A stretch of 63,996 nucleotides of DNA, the filler included, from Stramenopiles sp. TOSAG23-3 (lineage: Eukaryota): assembly GCA_900128585.1 (NCBI GenBank). It is 3 parts of 3 records of this genome, joined end to end, with 100 filler letters (N's around TTAATTAATTAA, not from the genome) between each part and the next. Parts side by side here need not be neighbours in the genome. Positions count along the whole stretch, not along the records: positions 21,740 to 43,293 come from LT642353.1; 2 more parts are not named here. One strand, 5' to 3'. Below, in pieces: positions 26,874 to 38,100 of the stretch. Under the pieces are notes generated by a model. The model did no database searches. It was given only the letters and a program-made list of their open reading frames with translations, and was not told where the DNA came from. The first letter of the stretch is position 1; each line of letters begins with the position of its first letter. Both the position numbers and the translations under genes were made by a program.

Positions 26874-29405
26874 TCAGAATTTGTTTACGCAGTAATGCCA
26901 CTGATTATACAAACATTTTACAGCATTGGCAACATTTAATATTTGTACTTGGTTACAGCAGGGGAAACGCATGGTCGTTATTCCATTTAAACAGTATCCT
27001 ATTAGACTGCCCGCGCTACAAAACATCGATTGGATATGTGCAAGTTCTTCAAGAAGAGCTGAACGATTGTCATCAATGTCGGTGCCCTTTAAACGCCCAA
27101 GATAACACGCGGTTAAGCAGACTCGAAAATATAATGCGGCGCGAACCAATGACAGGGTAGCAGGCGAATCTGCGAAAATACTCATCTGTGATAAGTTTGC
27201 GTACATCTCCTTTCGGGTTGTCTGGAAGTTTTCATATACATTTCTATACAGGTGAACGACCAGTTTTGCCTCCCCATTATGAAATCTCGGCGTTTCAAAT
27301 GTACAAATATTGTTTTGAATATTGCCCATGTGCAAACTAGAATATTCCCAACCAATTGGAAATTTCATCGCTGTTTTCACCCTTTTGTAGTTATATTTCT
27401 CGGGGAACAACTTTTTAAGTTGCGTGTTTAGCAAAAGTGAATTCAGAGTACCTGTGTGCAAAAACATTATCTTGAGTGGTTGGCAATGCTGCTGTTTTTC
27501 GAATGAGCTGCGTTGCTCTTCTGCAACCCTGACTGATGACGATTTTTTATTTGCAGATTGGTGGTTCATACAACAACAATCAAGAAGATCAAAGAGGGAC
27601 GAACTCAGGTGAACAAACATCCTTCCTTGTAAAGTAACGCATTCATAATACCGATTATGGGCGGAAAGAAACACGTCGATTTTAATGGGTTCAACAGCTA
27701 CGAAGTTCGCATTTATGACCCAAGAGATACAAGAATTTCCATCTATGGCTGTGTTGACAACAGGCAACTCCTGTAGTCCGACGGTATAATACTTTACCTC
27801 ATCTACAACACCGAATTTCCCGATATGGATTCTTGCGATCAAAACCCAGAAACTTTGTTTGCTGAGTTGGGCCATGCCTACAGTTTTTTCTTTGATTTTT
27901 ATACTGAAGGTTGATATTATTGGCACCTTAGCTTTCCCCGACTTAGAGGAAACAAAAGATACAAAAATGCCGTCTGTCTGTGCTGATTCGCTCAACCAAG
28001 AGCACTGAAGGTTTTCAACCAACTGCTGTAATTCGACGCCTCCCTCTGGCAAAGATAAACGTTTTCTTTCGGGATTAAAGGTACTATGTGCTTTGTATTG
28101 CTCCGTCTGGAAATCTTCCATGATATCTATCTTTGGCACCAATAAGTTGTTTAAATTGCATCTACTAATTTTCCCATCCGCATTTATTATAACAAGATAA
28201 TTTGAATTCATCTGCAGAATCTTCACGGGTTTTTGTAACGAAATCATAGGTAATCCGCATAAGTCATATTCCATACCAAACTTTGAAAAAATATTTATAG
28301 CATGTAATGTGTGGTCCACCAAGTATACAAGAATTTCCCCAATTACGCATGCAGAGTTTATTTTCTTCACATCCTGTAATTTGCCACCCAGCACTGCAGC
28401 GCAAATGCCACACACAGCAGATGTGGAGCGATTATTAGCTGGTGCAAAAATTGTTTTCAGGGTTCCATGGACACCGAGCAAAACTATAGCTACTATATCG
28501 TTAGTTGTACTAGGCACCGCCTTCGCGCAACGATAAAAAACTGGGATAATATGACTTATTGTTTCATTCGTTCTCTGCTCACTAGGATTAAGCCACAATA
28601 AATGCGAATATTGCAGGACAATTTTTTGCAAATGCGTATCAACAACTACCCACTGCAGACTCCCATCCTCAAACCCAGATAAGATTATTACTGTATCATC
28701 ATTCCATATATGTAACTGCTTCCCAAACATGGCCTCGAATAATGGTAGCGATAATCTGTTTGTATTCCAGGATATAAAAAATGATTGAGTGGCTTGCAAA
28801 CCTTTCTCCTTCTGTAACAGTGCAATACATACTTTACTGGACTCTTCAGAGGTAATCAGTCTTATTTTTACTCTCGAGTCGACAACTAGTACACGTGCAT
28901 CAATAAAGTCTCCTGAAAAGAGAAGTGAAGACAGACACAATTGAAAATTTCGAGAATGAGGTATCTCCATCTTAAACCTTAGTAGCAGCTGAAGTTCAGA
29001 CCTTGTAGTGCTAGACATGCCGCAGCTTTGACCGACTTCATCCTTTGTTGTTTTCACTTCAAATAGGTATATGTCACCATTGTCTAGTGCAACAAAACAA
29101 TACAGTCCCAACACCTGTCGCGAAATCTGTATTGAAATCGGGTCGGCTGGTAAGATCTTGCTTTGCACATGGCTGTAACTACTTTCTCCAGCACCACAGC
29201 GCAACAAAACCAGCAGCCTTGGCCGGTGACGAATAAAAATATAATGTTTATCCGAATTTAAGCTTGAAGGAAGCCCGCCCACCGAGTAAGCCTCGACAAG
29301 CAAATTTGGGCATACCCTGGCGAGCTTGTACAAAAAAAGAAAGGACTTGTTTGTGTTTGATACCGATGCTTTATTCATTATATCTTTCGCGATCCAGTGC
29401 TTCAA
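26874..29405 (-). CDS. Hypothetical protein with FAAP100-like beta-propeller motifs; 5' end uncertain
   Basis: 843-aa ORF. LFEAMFG...VIILSGFEDGSLQW...ETISHI...AIVLLGVHGTLKTI resembles FAAP100 LFGLLFG...VVLCGLPDGQLCC...EPVIFI...CLVAFGHHGRMLAI. The ORF track starts at TTG; the first ATG is nine codons downstream. Confidence 0.6.
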   Translation of the reverse strand: MKHWIAKDIMNKASVSNTNKSFLFLYKLARVCPNLLVEAYSVGGLPSSLNSDKHYIFIRHRPRLLVLLRCGAGESSYSHVQSKILPADPISIQISRQVLGLYCFVALDNGDIYLFEVKTTKDEVGQSCGMSSTTRSELQLLLRFKMEIPHSRNFQLCLSSLLFSGDFIDARVLVVDSRVKIRLITSEESSKVCIALLQKEKGLQATQSFFISWNTNRLSLPLFEAMFGKQLHIWNDDTVIILSGFEDGSLQWVVVDTHLQKIVLQYSHLLWLNPSEQRTNETISHIIPVFYRCAKAVPSTTNDIVAIVLLGVHGTLKTIFAPANNRSTSAVCGICAAVLGGKLQDVKKINSACVIGEILVYLVDHTLHAINIFSKFGMEYDLCGLPMISLQKPVKILQMNSNYLVIINADGKISRCNLNNLLVPKIDIMEDFQTEQYKAHSTFNPERKRLSLPEGGVELQQLVENLQCSWLSESAQTDGIFVSFVSSKSGKAKVPIISTFSIKIKEKTVGMAQLSKQSFWVLIARIHIGKFGVVDEVKYYTVGLQELPVVNTAIDGNSCISWVINANFVAVEPIKIDVFLSAHNRYYECVTLQGRMFVHLSSSLFDLLDCCCMNHQSANKKSSSVRVAEEQRSSFEKQQHCQPLKIMFLHTGTLNSLLLNTQLKKLFPEKYNYKRVKTAMKFPIGWEYSSLHMGNIQNNICTFETPRFHNGEAKLVVHLYRNVYENFQTTRKEMYANLSQMSIFADSPATLSLVRAALYFRVCLTACYLGRLKGTDIDDNRSALLEELAHIQSMFCSAGSLIGYCLNGITTMRFPCCNQVQILNVANAVKCLYNQWHYCVNKF

Positions 29406-29744
29406 CGCACCTTTGTTCTTATACTATTCCACACAACTTTCTATCTCGAACACGATTTTTTAGCATAAATGCATTACATACAGAGTCTTACATTTTACTA
29501 CTCTAATTGATTTTGTCACTTCTTCACTTGGACGACATTATAATAAATTATAATAATGTGACGACTGCTGCTGCTGAAGACTTCTTGGTGGTGCTGTTAT
29601 TCTTCTTTTTGATGGTCGTGTTAAAAATAAGGTTATTATATTTTAGGAATTATTATACAAACCAAATAGATTTTATTATGCTGTTAGATTTCCTATTCAT
29701 AATTTGTTGTTTCTGCTCCTGTGTTTTTCTTGACCGATTTACTC

Positions 29745-30485
29745 CTATCGTTTAGCCGAAGCTGGCAAATGGAGTCGCGCGGCATTAGAGGGTTGCTCTT
29801 CATCAGAGCTGAGCGGTTCCGTCTTGGTCTCCGAGTCCGAGCATGGCATATTCCGGGTAAGAGGCGCGGTGTTTGCTACTTCGATAGCATATTCCATTAG
29901 CAAGGCTGTTGGGGCTAAAGCCTTAAAGATTCGGATCCCTGGTGCTATGGTTTTTGCGACCACAATGAGTACGGTGCGTTGGAAGATTCGCATCCAACAA
30001 TCCGCCCATCTCTGCCGGTGGTTATCGGAGTCTGGAACTTTATTATTTAAGGTAGTATCTAAACTAATATGAATACTTTCCACGCGATGTGTTTCTATGC
30101 GATTCTTGTCAATCATAAATATTTCTTTCCATGCAAATAAACTCAAAAACAAATAAATGACTGTTATTTCAGTACTTAAAACTTATCTTCCTCGTGTACC
30201 ACAAAAAAGGATCAACAAACTTACAATTTGTTTTTTATACGTACCAATTTATTTTTACCAATTGATTTCCCCTCAGTGTACAATACCATACTCTGATGAG
30301 AGTCTTAAAGCATACTATGTAATTTGTTTTTTTCATACTCTGATGCACTCCACATTCAATAACCAAGAAGTATAAAAATATTATATGTGGATTTCTGACG
30401 ACTTCGTCTGACTCGTAATCGATTTCTTCATCCGGTGTCCCACTCATTAACGTATATCGTAACTTGTGTGATCTGATGAACAGCG
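29745..30485 (-). mobile_element. Family A copy (30144-30485) followed by a GC-richer degenerate ORF fragment (29745-30143), possibly more internal retroelement sequence
   Basis: 30400-30447 encodes MSGTPDEEIDYESDEV, similar to TSDEEVDYES near 42640. The tail GTACACGAGGAAGATAAGTTTTAAGTACTGAAATAACAGTCATTTATTTGTTTT ends at ~30144. Confidence 0.6.
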
Positions 30486-30576
30486 GTTTGGAAGTTGTAA
30501 GGTATGTAGTTTTTTTTAGTTTTAAAATTAAGAAGTCTTAGTTTTATATGATTATTAATCTTTTTATTTTATTCTC

Positions 30577-30960
30577 GATAAGGGTAAATTGATCAAGAAA
30601 ACACAGGGAGCAGAAATGTATCGCGGTACATGAAGGAAGTAAAACTTTACACTGGACATAAAATTAAAAAAATATTATATACTATGTTTTAAGACGCTAA
30701 AAAAAAGGGGGTAAAACCGTCCAAGAACCCAAACTCTTCCTTGTTCCAGAATACGAAAAAATATTTCTGATATGTCAAACTATCATAAGATTGTATGATA
30801 AATTTTAAATACACGTTAGGTAACAGCCAGGAGCAGAGATAAGTTCGCAGTATATGAAGACGATAAATGTTAACAGCCAATTTTCTTGTTTAAATGTTAA
30901 CTACTTAAATAACAGCCAATTGATTGTTATTATTTTGTGACAGCCAATTTTCTTGTTTTT
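30577..30960 (+). mobile_element. Family A copies: tail type 2 (30577-30697) and tail type 1 with triplicated end (30826-30960)
   Basis: GAGCAGAAATGTATCGCGGTACATGAAGGAAGTAAAACTTTACACTGGACA, then GAGCAGAGATAAGTTCGCAGTATATGAAGACGATAAAT followed by ACAGCCAATT three times. Confidence 0.8.
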
Positions 30961-31058
30961 ATTTTGTTTCTAAACTTTTATTTGAACAAGTGGCCCGAGA
31001 TTTACTCTCTGGACAAGTGTCACGTGCCTCAAACACGTGGCAGCAAAACCACCAATAT

Positions 31059-32786
31059 TTAGTAGCTTGAGGCAGCTGCTTGTGCGCTCTGGGCCATTCT
31101 GTATTGCACTTTTGCCATTTGCGCTACCCGAATCTTTTCAAATCCGGAACAGGCCTGTGTAATTGCATGGTCATCAACCCACAAATGAAAATTACCAAGT
31201 GTTAGTCCTCTATTTTTATGTAGCATATACCGAATGATGAATCTATGATTAGCAATCGTTCTTTGTGCGGGCAAATTTCTGCCAAACATCCCTGCGAGCA
31301 TGGCGAACGGTCGCAAATCCATAATATCTGAATTTCCCGAGTAAACATTAAATATTTCAGCCTGATTTGATCGTTGCAACAACCACCGCTTACCCCAGAC
31401 ATATATGCGACAAATATACCCTCTCACAACCTTTTGCAAAACAGTCGCAGCCCAGCTTTGGCGCTCTTTCGAAGCTATGCGTCTGTTCTGCTCTCCACCA
31501 AACCCCCCCCCACCTCTTGAGCGCACCCGAACAGCATACTTTGAAGAATTAAACTTCAGCCGTTTTAGATTCAAAGAATATTTTCGACTTTCAACGCCAG
31601 TTAGATTTGATTCCTCTCCATCATTTCTGGGCAAAACACTATTTTGTACCCACTGATGACTGATAACCCCGTGGCGATTTCCGCCATCATCCTTCATGGA
31701 GTTCCATTTCCCTGTGATAAAATGGCGAACTGATTTATCGTATTGAAATTCTTTTAAGGTTTGCTCTTCATTTAGCCACTGTGCTTCTAATTGACCCAAT
31801 CTCTCCCTGGTCGACGTAACTTCAAGCTGTACCACAATTCTTTTTTCCACAAGCTGTTGTTTCTGCAAGATGTTAAGCAAGCGCCTCGTGTTTTTTTTAG
31901 TTCTTTCGCTAGACCTGTGTTGCAGGTATTTCGCCCTTGCTATAATGTAGCCATCTACTCCCCAGTTATGGGCACTTAATATTGCTTCGGAAAGTCTTTT
32001 TTCTGCTACACATGCTTCTCCTTCAGTCATCCCTGTTTCATGTCGATGTCCATATTTTGAATCGGTTAGTTTCCTTGCATTCCCAATTTTCTGTACTTTC
32101 GCAGCAATTTTTTTCCACAGCGAGCTTTTCTCTTTGTGGGCTTTTATGGGCGTTACGGTCATTTTTCTCAGTGGATGATTTATGATTTCGCGGATAATGT
32201 GCCTATCTCCCCCTGCACCCCCGATTAACCGCTGCCTGTAACGATGCGTTTGAGTGACAGGGAGTTTAATGGTAATTTTTCCAAATCTCAAGAAATTCGC
32301 CATAGATTGTTGTAGGCGTGAGCAATCTTCAATATCAGAGATTTGCATACGAGCTTCAGAAAGAGCATTTGAGATTGCATGATTGCTTAAAAAGTCTTGG
32401 TACGCTTGCTCCATACTATGGTCCCACGCTGCTACAACTTTTCTACGATCTTGTCTTTTCATTCCTGCTATGTGTAGGTCAACATTTTCTGTAGCAAGCT
32501 TGACACGACTCTTTAATATTTTATCTTTAGATATTGCATGAGTTTTTCTATTGTCGGTTTGTTCTACTTTAATCCTGTGCTCAATAAAATCATCCAGTAC
32601 TTGTCCACCCGATTCAGTGGCTTCCTGGAACAGTTTTTCATGCAGTTTTTCTTCCGCTCGCTGGAAAGAATAGAGTTGACGAACATGTTTCGAAAACGAT
32701 TTATTCGTGGCTGCTAGAATTTCTATTTTTTGCCTCAAACCTCGATGTATTACGTTAGGGTCACAACTGGGCTTAGCTGTGTTCAT
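31059..32786 (-). CDS. Hypothetical basic coiled-coil protein with one IQ calmodulin-binding motif
   Basis: 575-aa ORF; AATVLQKVVRGYICR fits the IQ consensus. Confidence 0.75.
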   Translation of the reverse strand: MNTAKPSCDPNVIHRGLRQKIEILAATNKSFSKHVRQLYSFQRAEEKLHEKLFQEATESGGQVLDDFIEHRIKVEQTDNRKTHAISKDKILKSRVKLATENVDLHIAGMKRQDRRKVVAAWDHSMEQAYQDFLSNHAISNALSEARMQISDIEDCSRLQQSMANFLRFGKITIKLPVTQTHRYRQRLIGGAGGDRHIIREIINHPLRKMTVTPIKAHKEKSSLWKKIAAKVQKIGNARKLTDSKYGHRHETGMTEGEACVAEKRLSEAILSAHNWGVDGYIIARAKYLQHRSSERTKKNTRRLLNILQKQQLVEKRIVVQLEVTSTRERLGQLEAQWLNEEQTLKEFQYDKSVRHFITGKWNSMKDDGGNRHGVISHQWVQNSVLPRNDGEESNLTGVESRKYSLNLKRLKFNSSKYAVRVRSRGGGGFGGEQNRRIASKERQSWAATVLQKVVRGYICRIYVWGKRWLLQRSNQAEIFNVYSGNSDIMDLRPFAMLAGMFGRNLPAQRTIANHRFIIRYMLHKNRGLTLGNFHLWVDDHAITQACSGFEKIRVAQMAKVQYRMAQSAQAAASSY

Positions 32787-33849
32787 AGTTTATAATAAAC
32801 CCGAAAAACTATATTTCGCTTTCACTGCATCTCAAAGTTGGAACCAAAACGTCTATACAAAAACATTATAGTAATTAATGTCTTTTGCTTCAAAAAACAA
32901 TGTGCAAATTGGCGCAGCACTTAATCTTAACAATGTTCGTATTGAGGAACTCCTCTGTTCCACATCTCTGATGACGACGAGTTTGAGTTTCAACAATTAC
33001 TTTGCCAAACGTCGCGAAGACAATCGATTATTTATTTTTTTATTATTATTATGTGATTATTATTTAAAAAACAAAATTATTATAGTAGAGGACAGGAGGA
33101 AGAAGTATTTTTTTAGTACACTTCTTCTTTCTTCCTTTTTTTAAAAAACAACTACTCTTTCTCAGTGTGTATACAGCAGTATCATTTTAGTGAAGAAAAT
33201 TGTCTTTTTTATCCTTAATAATAACTGCTATCATGACAAAACTGGATAAAATATCGTTTTTCAAGCTGACAGCTTTTTTACAGTTAGTTAGAAGTCGACT
33301 AACGTCTTGCTACACAGCTTTTCTGTTTGTATTTTAGTCGATTTAGAATTTTTGATTCTACCCATTCTTCAAAAATAAAAACCTTCATTTCCGATTTTGT
33401 TACTCCATTTAATAGAAACTAGACGACTAGTAACGGCTCACATCCAAACCTTTTTAGTGACCAAGGAAGAGCATTCATTTATAGTACATTCCTGCGTCGA
33501 ATTCTGCTCAAATACAACAAAGGGCGTTTCCATCAGATCAGTCCTTAAATATATTGTTTCTGTCTGTTTTTTTTACATACTTTTTTTAATTACAGTAAAC
33601 AAAACACACATTTAGACCAACTTGAGATTTTTAGGATGGACTTAGCATTACATATTTTCAAACAGGTAATTACAGTTATAGGTAATCACCCGAAGCGAAG
33701 AAGAACAAGTTTCAAAGGCTTGAAACTTGTAGCAGTATATATATTAAGGTATTGCGACTATATTTTGAAGAAAATATATAAGTTTATTACGAATGAAGCG
33801 ACGTTATTAAGTACGAAAATTAAGATAGATATTTGAGTACAATACCTTA

Positions 33850-34448
33850 AGTGAGAAGAAGAGAAAATAAATAAGTTAAGAAATTACAAGAGCAGAGGAC
33901 GAGGACGCACGTATGAGTACTGAACACCGATGCGTCAACAAGACGAACAACAAGAACTTTAGCGAAGAACAAAGACGTAAGTATGAAGTACAGACAGAGT
34001 TTATCACAACCCAGGAATACTCGACGTGCTGGGATGTGAGATGACGAAAACGAAGTGGAAACGAAGAGTTTTAGAGAAAAGGGGTAGCAGATAACAAGGG
34101 GGGAGCCTTGTCCCCTAAAAAGTGAAGCAAAGAACCAGGGGGACGCGCCGGCGTAGAGCACACAAAGGACAGTGGGCAAACCAGGAGACGCTCCTATGGA
34201 TAAGTGACAGAGAACCAGAAAAGGTTCGCAGGGTAAACGAAGATACCATGTACGAGTGAGGTCCATATATACGTAGTGGGCTCAGTGAGGCCCCTGGTAA
34301 GTGGGGTAGTAAGATAGAGAGGAAAATACAGTAGACCAGCTGGAGCGAAGCCAGTAACTCACGATCCCAACGGAAAATGCGTAGAGGCGCTGTAGATTCC
34401 AGATATCGAATTAAACATTGGCTTAGATTTATATATAATCTAATATCA
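33850..34448 (+). mobile_element. Purine-skewed non-coding block, possible solo LTR or retroelement relic
   Basis: Abruptly GC-richer, strongly A/G-biased top strand, TATA-like ATATATA at ~34265 and ATTAAA at ~34410. No TSD found. Confidence 0.3.
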
Positions 34449-35157
34449 GAGAAAGAAAAGAGAAAATCAAAACGTTAAAACCTTTTTGATGGGCAGAGAG
34501 TATAGCAGGAGTTTAGGCTGGAGCGTTAGCAAATAAGGTATATCATCGATCGACCGAGAGGGCGAGTCGATGCCGCCAATGTTTGGTTGGTAGCATTATC
34601 GACCATAAAACAGAAACGTCATGTCAGTACTAAGTAAAAAAATATAAATTAAATGATTATCTACTATGCTACGGCTGTTCAAAACATTCTCTTTTTTTTC
34701 TTCTTCAATTTATTATCGGACACTCAAAAATTATTTTTTGCCTTACTTATTACCTGTTCGAAAATCTGTACCTGTACCGGTAGTGCTAAGTCAATGCTAT
34801 TCGGTCTTTAATCTGTATTACGCAATTACTGTGTTTATTAAAAAGCTTGTGAAAAGACCAGACAGGAGCGATTTTATAATAAGACCACTAAAAGCTGGAG
34901 GGAGAAACCAAGCATCATCATCATTATGCTCGCATGGTCAAAAAGCGTTGTTGGTCTTTGTTACTCTTCTTCGTAACCGGAGCTCTGTACTCCCTGCTCA
35001 ATTCCCATTACTATTGTCTCTGACCAGTTGTACAAACTAATTTCACCGAGAGGACTGCTGCAGACGTATTTGAAACGTTTTAAACCTTTAGCATTACATG
35101 CTTGACTCTTGGCAAAAGTGCATTTAATACCAAATTTATTCTGTTGAACATAAAGAC

Positions 35158-38100
35158 ATGAATGGAAGACCATCGCGAATGACTGTACAAAATGGAAAGC
35201 TACGTCTCCAGTGGTGGATCGTTGAGCTGCTGCAAATTGGCAGCAACGAGCACGCTTCGTTATTGGCACTACAATCTTACCAAGACGCTCTTAAAACTGA
35301 AAATGGGCTTGAAATAGCCCAAGCTACACTATTATTAGGCGTATGTTTCTCGCGTAGACGTATGCTGAACGAGGCAAAAACTTGTGCAGAAGACTGTGAG
35401 GTTAAACTGTCGAGTCTCGACGTTAGAGTGAAAGAAAGGATAGAACTCTTCAGTGCATTAGGGGAGCTTTACTGTACAATTGGAATGGCAACTCGTGCAG
35501 TGAAAATGTTCGAACGTGTTTGCGAGTTTTGCGAAGAAATTTATGGTAGCGAACATTTAGCAACGTCGGATGCTTACAGCTTACTAGGCTGCTGTTTTGG
35601 AAGTCTGGGTGCACTTGACGGAGCACTGGAATTTTGCGAAAAAGCACTATTCATACGAAATAAGAAAACGGGGGAACAACAACAATATCTTGCTAACTCT
35701 TACTATAACGTAGGTGTTATATTACGAATGCTTGGACAGTTGAATTTAGCCAGACAAAGGATTTCGGCGGCTCATAAAATTAGAACTAATGTATACGGTG
35801 GATTTTCTCTTCCAACTGCAGAAGTTGAAATTAGCCTCGGTCAAACACAAGAGCAACGCGGGTATTACCACGATGCTGCAAATAGATACGAAAGAGCCTA
35901 CAGAATTCGACAAAAAATCTTAGGGGAAACTAACCCGCTTTGCATCGAAGCGTTTAGTCTAATGGAAAGTGCAGTAACTATGTCCAAGAATAATAGAGAA
36001 GTTCGAAGTTGTACCAAATATTATACAGTTACAGAAATCGAAACTGCCATTAAAGAATTAAATTTTTGTGTTCGCCTCAAAAATGCTGCTCGCAGATGCA
36101 ATTACTTGAACCCATATTTGCAGGCGGAATTAGTTGCAACTTTAGCTTTAGGTAATTTTGATGTCGCTGGTATACGCCGCCGGTTCCAATATCATGTTGA
36201 CCTAATCGACAGGTTGGTAGAATTTATGGACCCGAAAGAAGTGTGTGGTATTGGCGTGCTGTCGATATTTGAAACGATTGAACGCTGCCTGCTGAAAGTA
36301 ACCGAGAACGAGTTAATTCCCCATTCTGTGTGTGAAAATATTCTGACAGCGTGTCCTATCAGCATCGAAAAATTGCAAAACCTTTTCGCAGGAGAGGGCG
36401 CTTTACAAAAGAAAATTTACGCGCTGATAGATGCTCTGACATCCCAGCGCGGTGTGCAGAAAGTACCACACACAAAATATATAAGAGTTACCAACTTACA
36501 AAGATTAATTGTTGCCATATGTAAAATAAATGCGGAGTCGCTTTCTTCAGGCCTCATGCCACTTGTACCCCCAGCAACAACAGAGAAACTTCTCAATGCT
36601 TGCAGCTACAGTTTAAGTGATACATCTATAATGCAAATAATCGAAGAAACGGAAACCGGTGAAGCAATAATACGACAGTTAGCTGCAGATAATTTGATGC
36701 TAGAAAATTTCTTTCGCAGCGGAAATAATGAGGATGATAATGATATATATAGTGCCCAAGATATTTTTGTTGCATTTACGTTAATGCGAGAAATGAATCC
36801 AGACATACGCTTTTCAAGTTTTGCGCTTTCAAAGCTAATCAAAAAGGCTGCAAAGGGGTTACTGTCAGCAAGGCAGATAGCAGCCATCTTTGGTGAAAAT
36901 GAAGAGATTTACCGCCTTTGGTTCTTGCCATTTCTTCAGCTTGTAGGCATATCTTCTGGGTTTTGCTCCTTCCGACCGAAGGCAAAAGATACAACCCGGG
37001 GTCATTTTGCCTCGTTTATAAACGGGGTAAAGATTGCTAACACTGACAGTACGATCGGTGAATTTCGTTTAAGGAAAAAGAGGAATAGGGACATTTTCTG
37101 TAGAGAAATAGCATCGTGTACCCAAGCCCAAATCAGCAAAATTCCTGCAAACGTTGGGCAAATTAATATATTTACCGATTCAAAGAATGCTGAAGAACAG
37201 AGCGAAAGCGAACCAGCAGCATTATTCGAGGATTCCCAACTTATTGGTAGTGTTAAATTGGCAATCCAACGATTACCAAAAAACGTGGGAGATCAGCAAG
37301 TTTTCGGGTCTATATTGGAAGACATATATTTTTCTCGCATTAAGTCTGTTGCATCATTATCTATGCTCGTCCGAGGAGGCTCCTACGGGGAGTTCGAAGG
37401 AAAAGAAATGTTTTTATCAAGTGTAAATGATAATCTAATCCTGGCTGGGTCCCAAAAGAAAGATTTCCCAGAAAGCAATAACAGTGATGTCATGCAGAGT
37501 AATAACCCATATATCGAAGCAGTGCCCCTGAAACTGCAAGCAAAGTTATCCTATCTTGCAACATTAAAATTAAAGTATCCGCATTTGAGTGGGGTATTTG
37601 AAGAAGTTGAAAAAGACTTGCATTTGCTCCCTGATGATTATGTGGCTGCAAATAACGATAGCTTTGAGGAAAAACAAAACAAAAACATGATAAAAAATGA
37701 AGCAAAATGTAGCGTAGTACCTGGAAGGCGACTGAAAATGGTTCCAATGACAGCTGTTGAGCTGTGGGCATTGGTTCAGTCAAAATTATTTATTTTTGGA
37801 GCATTTAATAGAGCGGTAAGAATTCAAAAATATCGTTTGTGTCGTGAGAAAATAAAACTAGTTGGAATATTTACACGCCTGTGTGAACTTGCACGTATGA
37901 GAGTGCCTTGTTTGAAATTGTTTTCTCTATCACTCTTCTCTTATTTTTCTCGTTCAAAAACTCTGGGCTTGTCTTCTCTCCAAAATCCGCAAAGGAGTAG
38001 TATGAGAAACAAGAACAAAAGTAAAATTCCGTATCAAAAATATGACGGTCCAAAATTACGAGCGCTTCACTGGGCTACTGTAAATGAAGAACAAACGAAA

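Noticed and set aside
30826-30960. Family A core as a spliced-leader or snRNA gene (AATTTTCTTG as an Sm site)
   Set aside because: The site is not a canonical Sm sequence, copies are variably truncated and diverged, and longer copies are contiguous with a decayed ORF.
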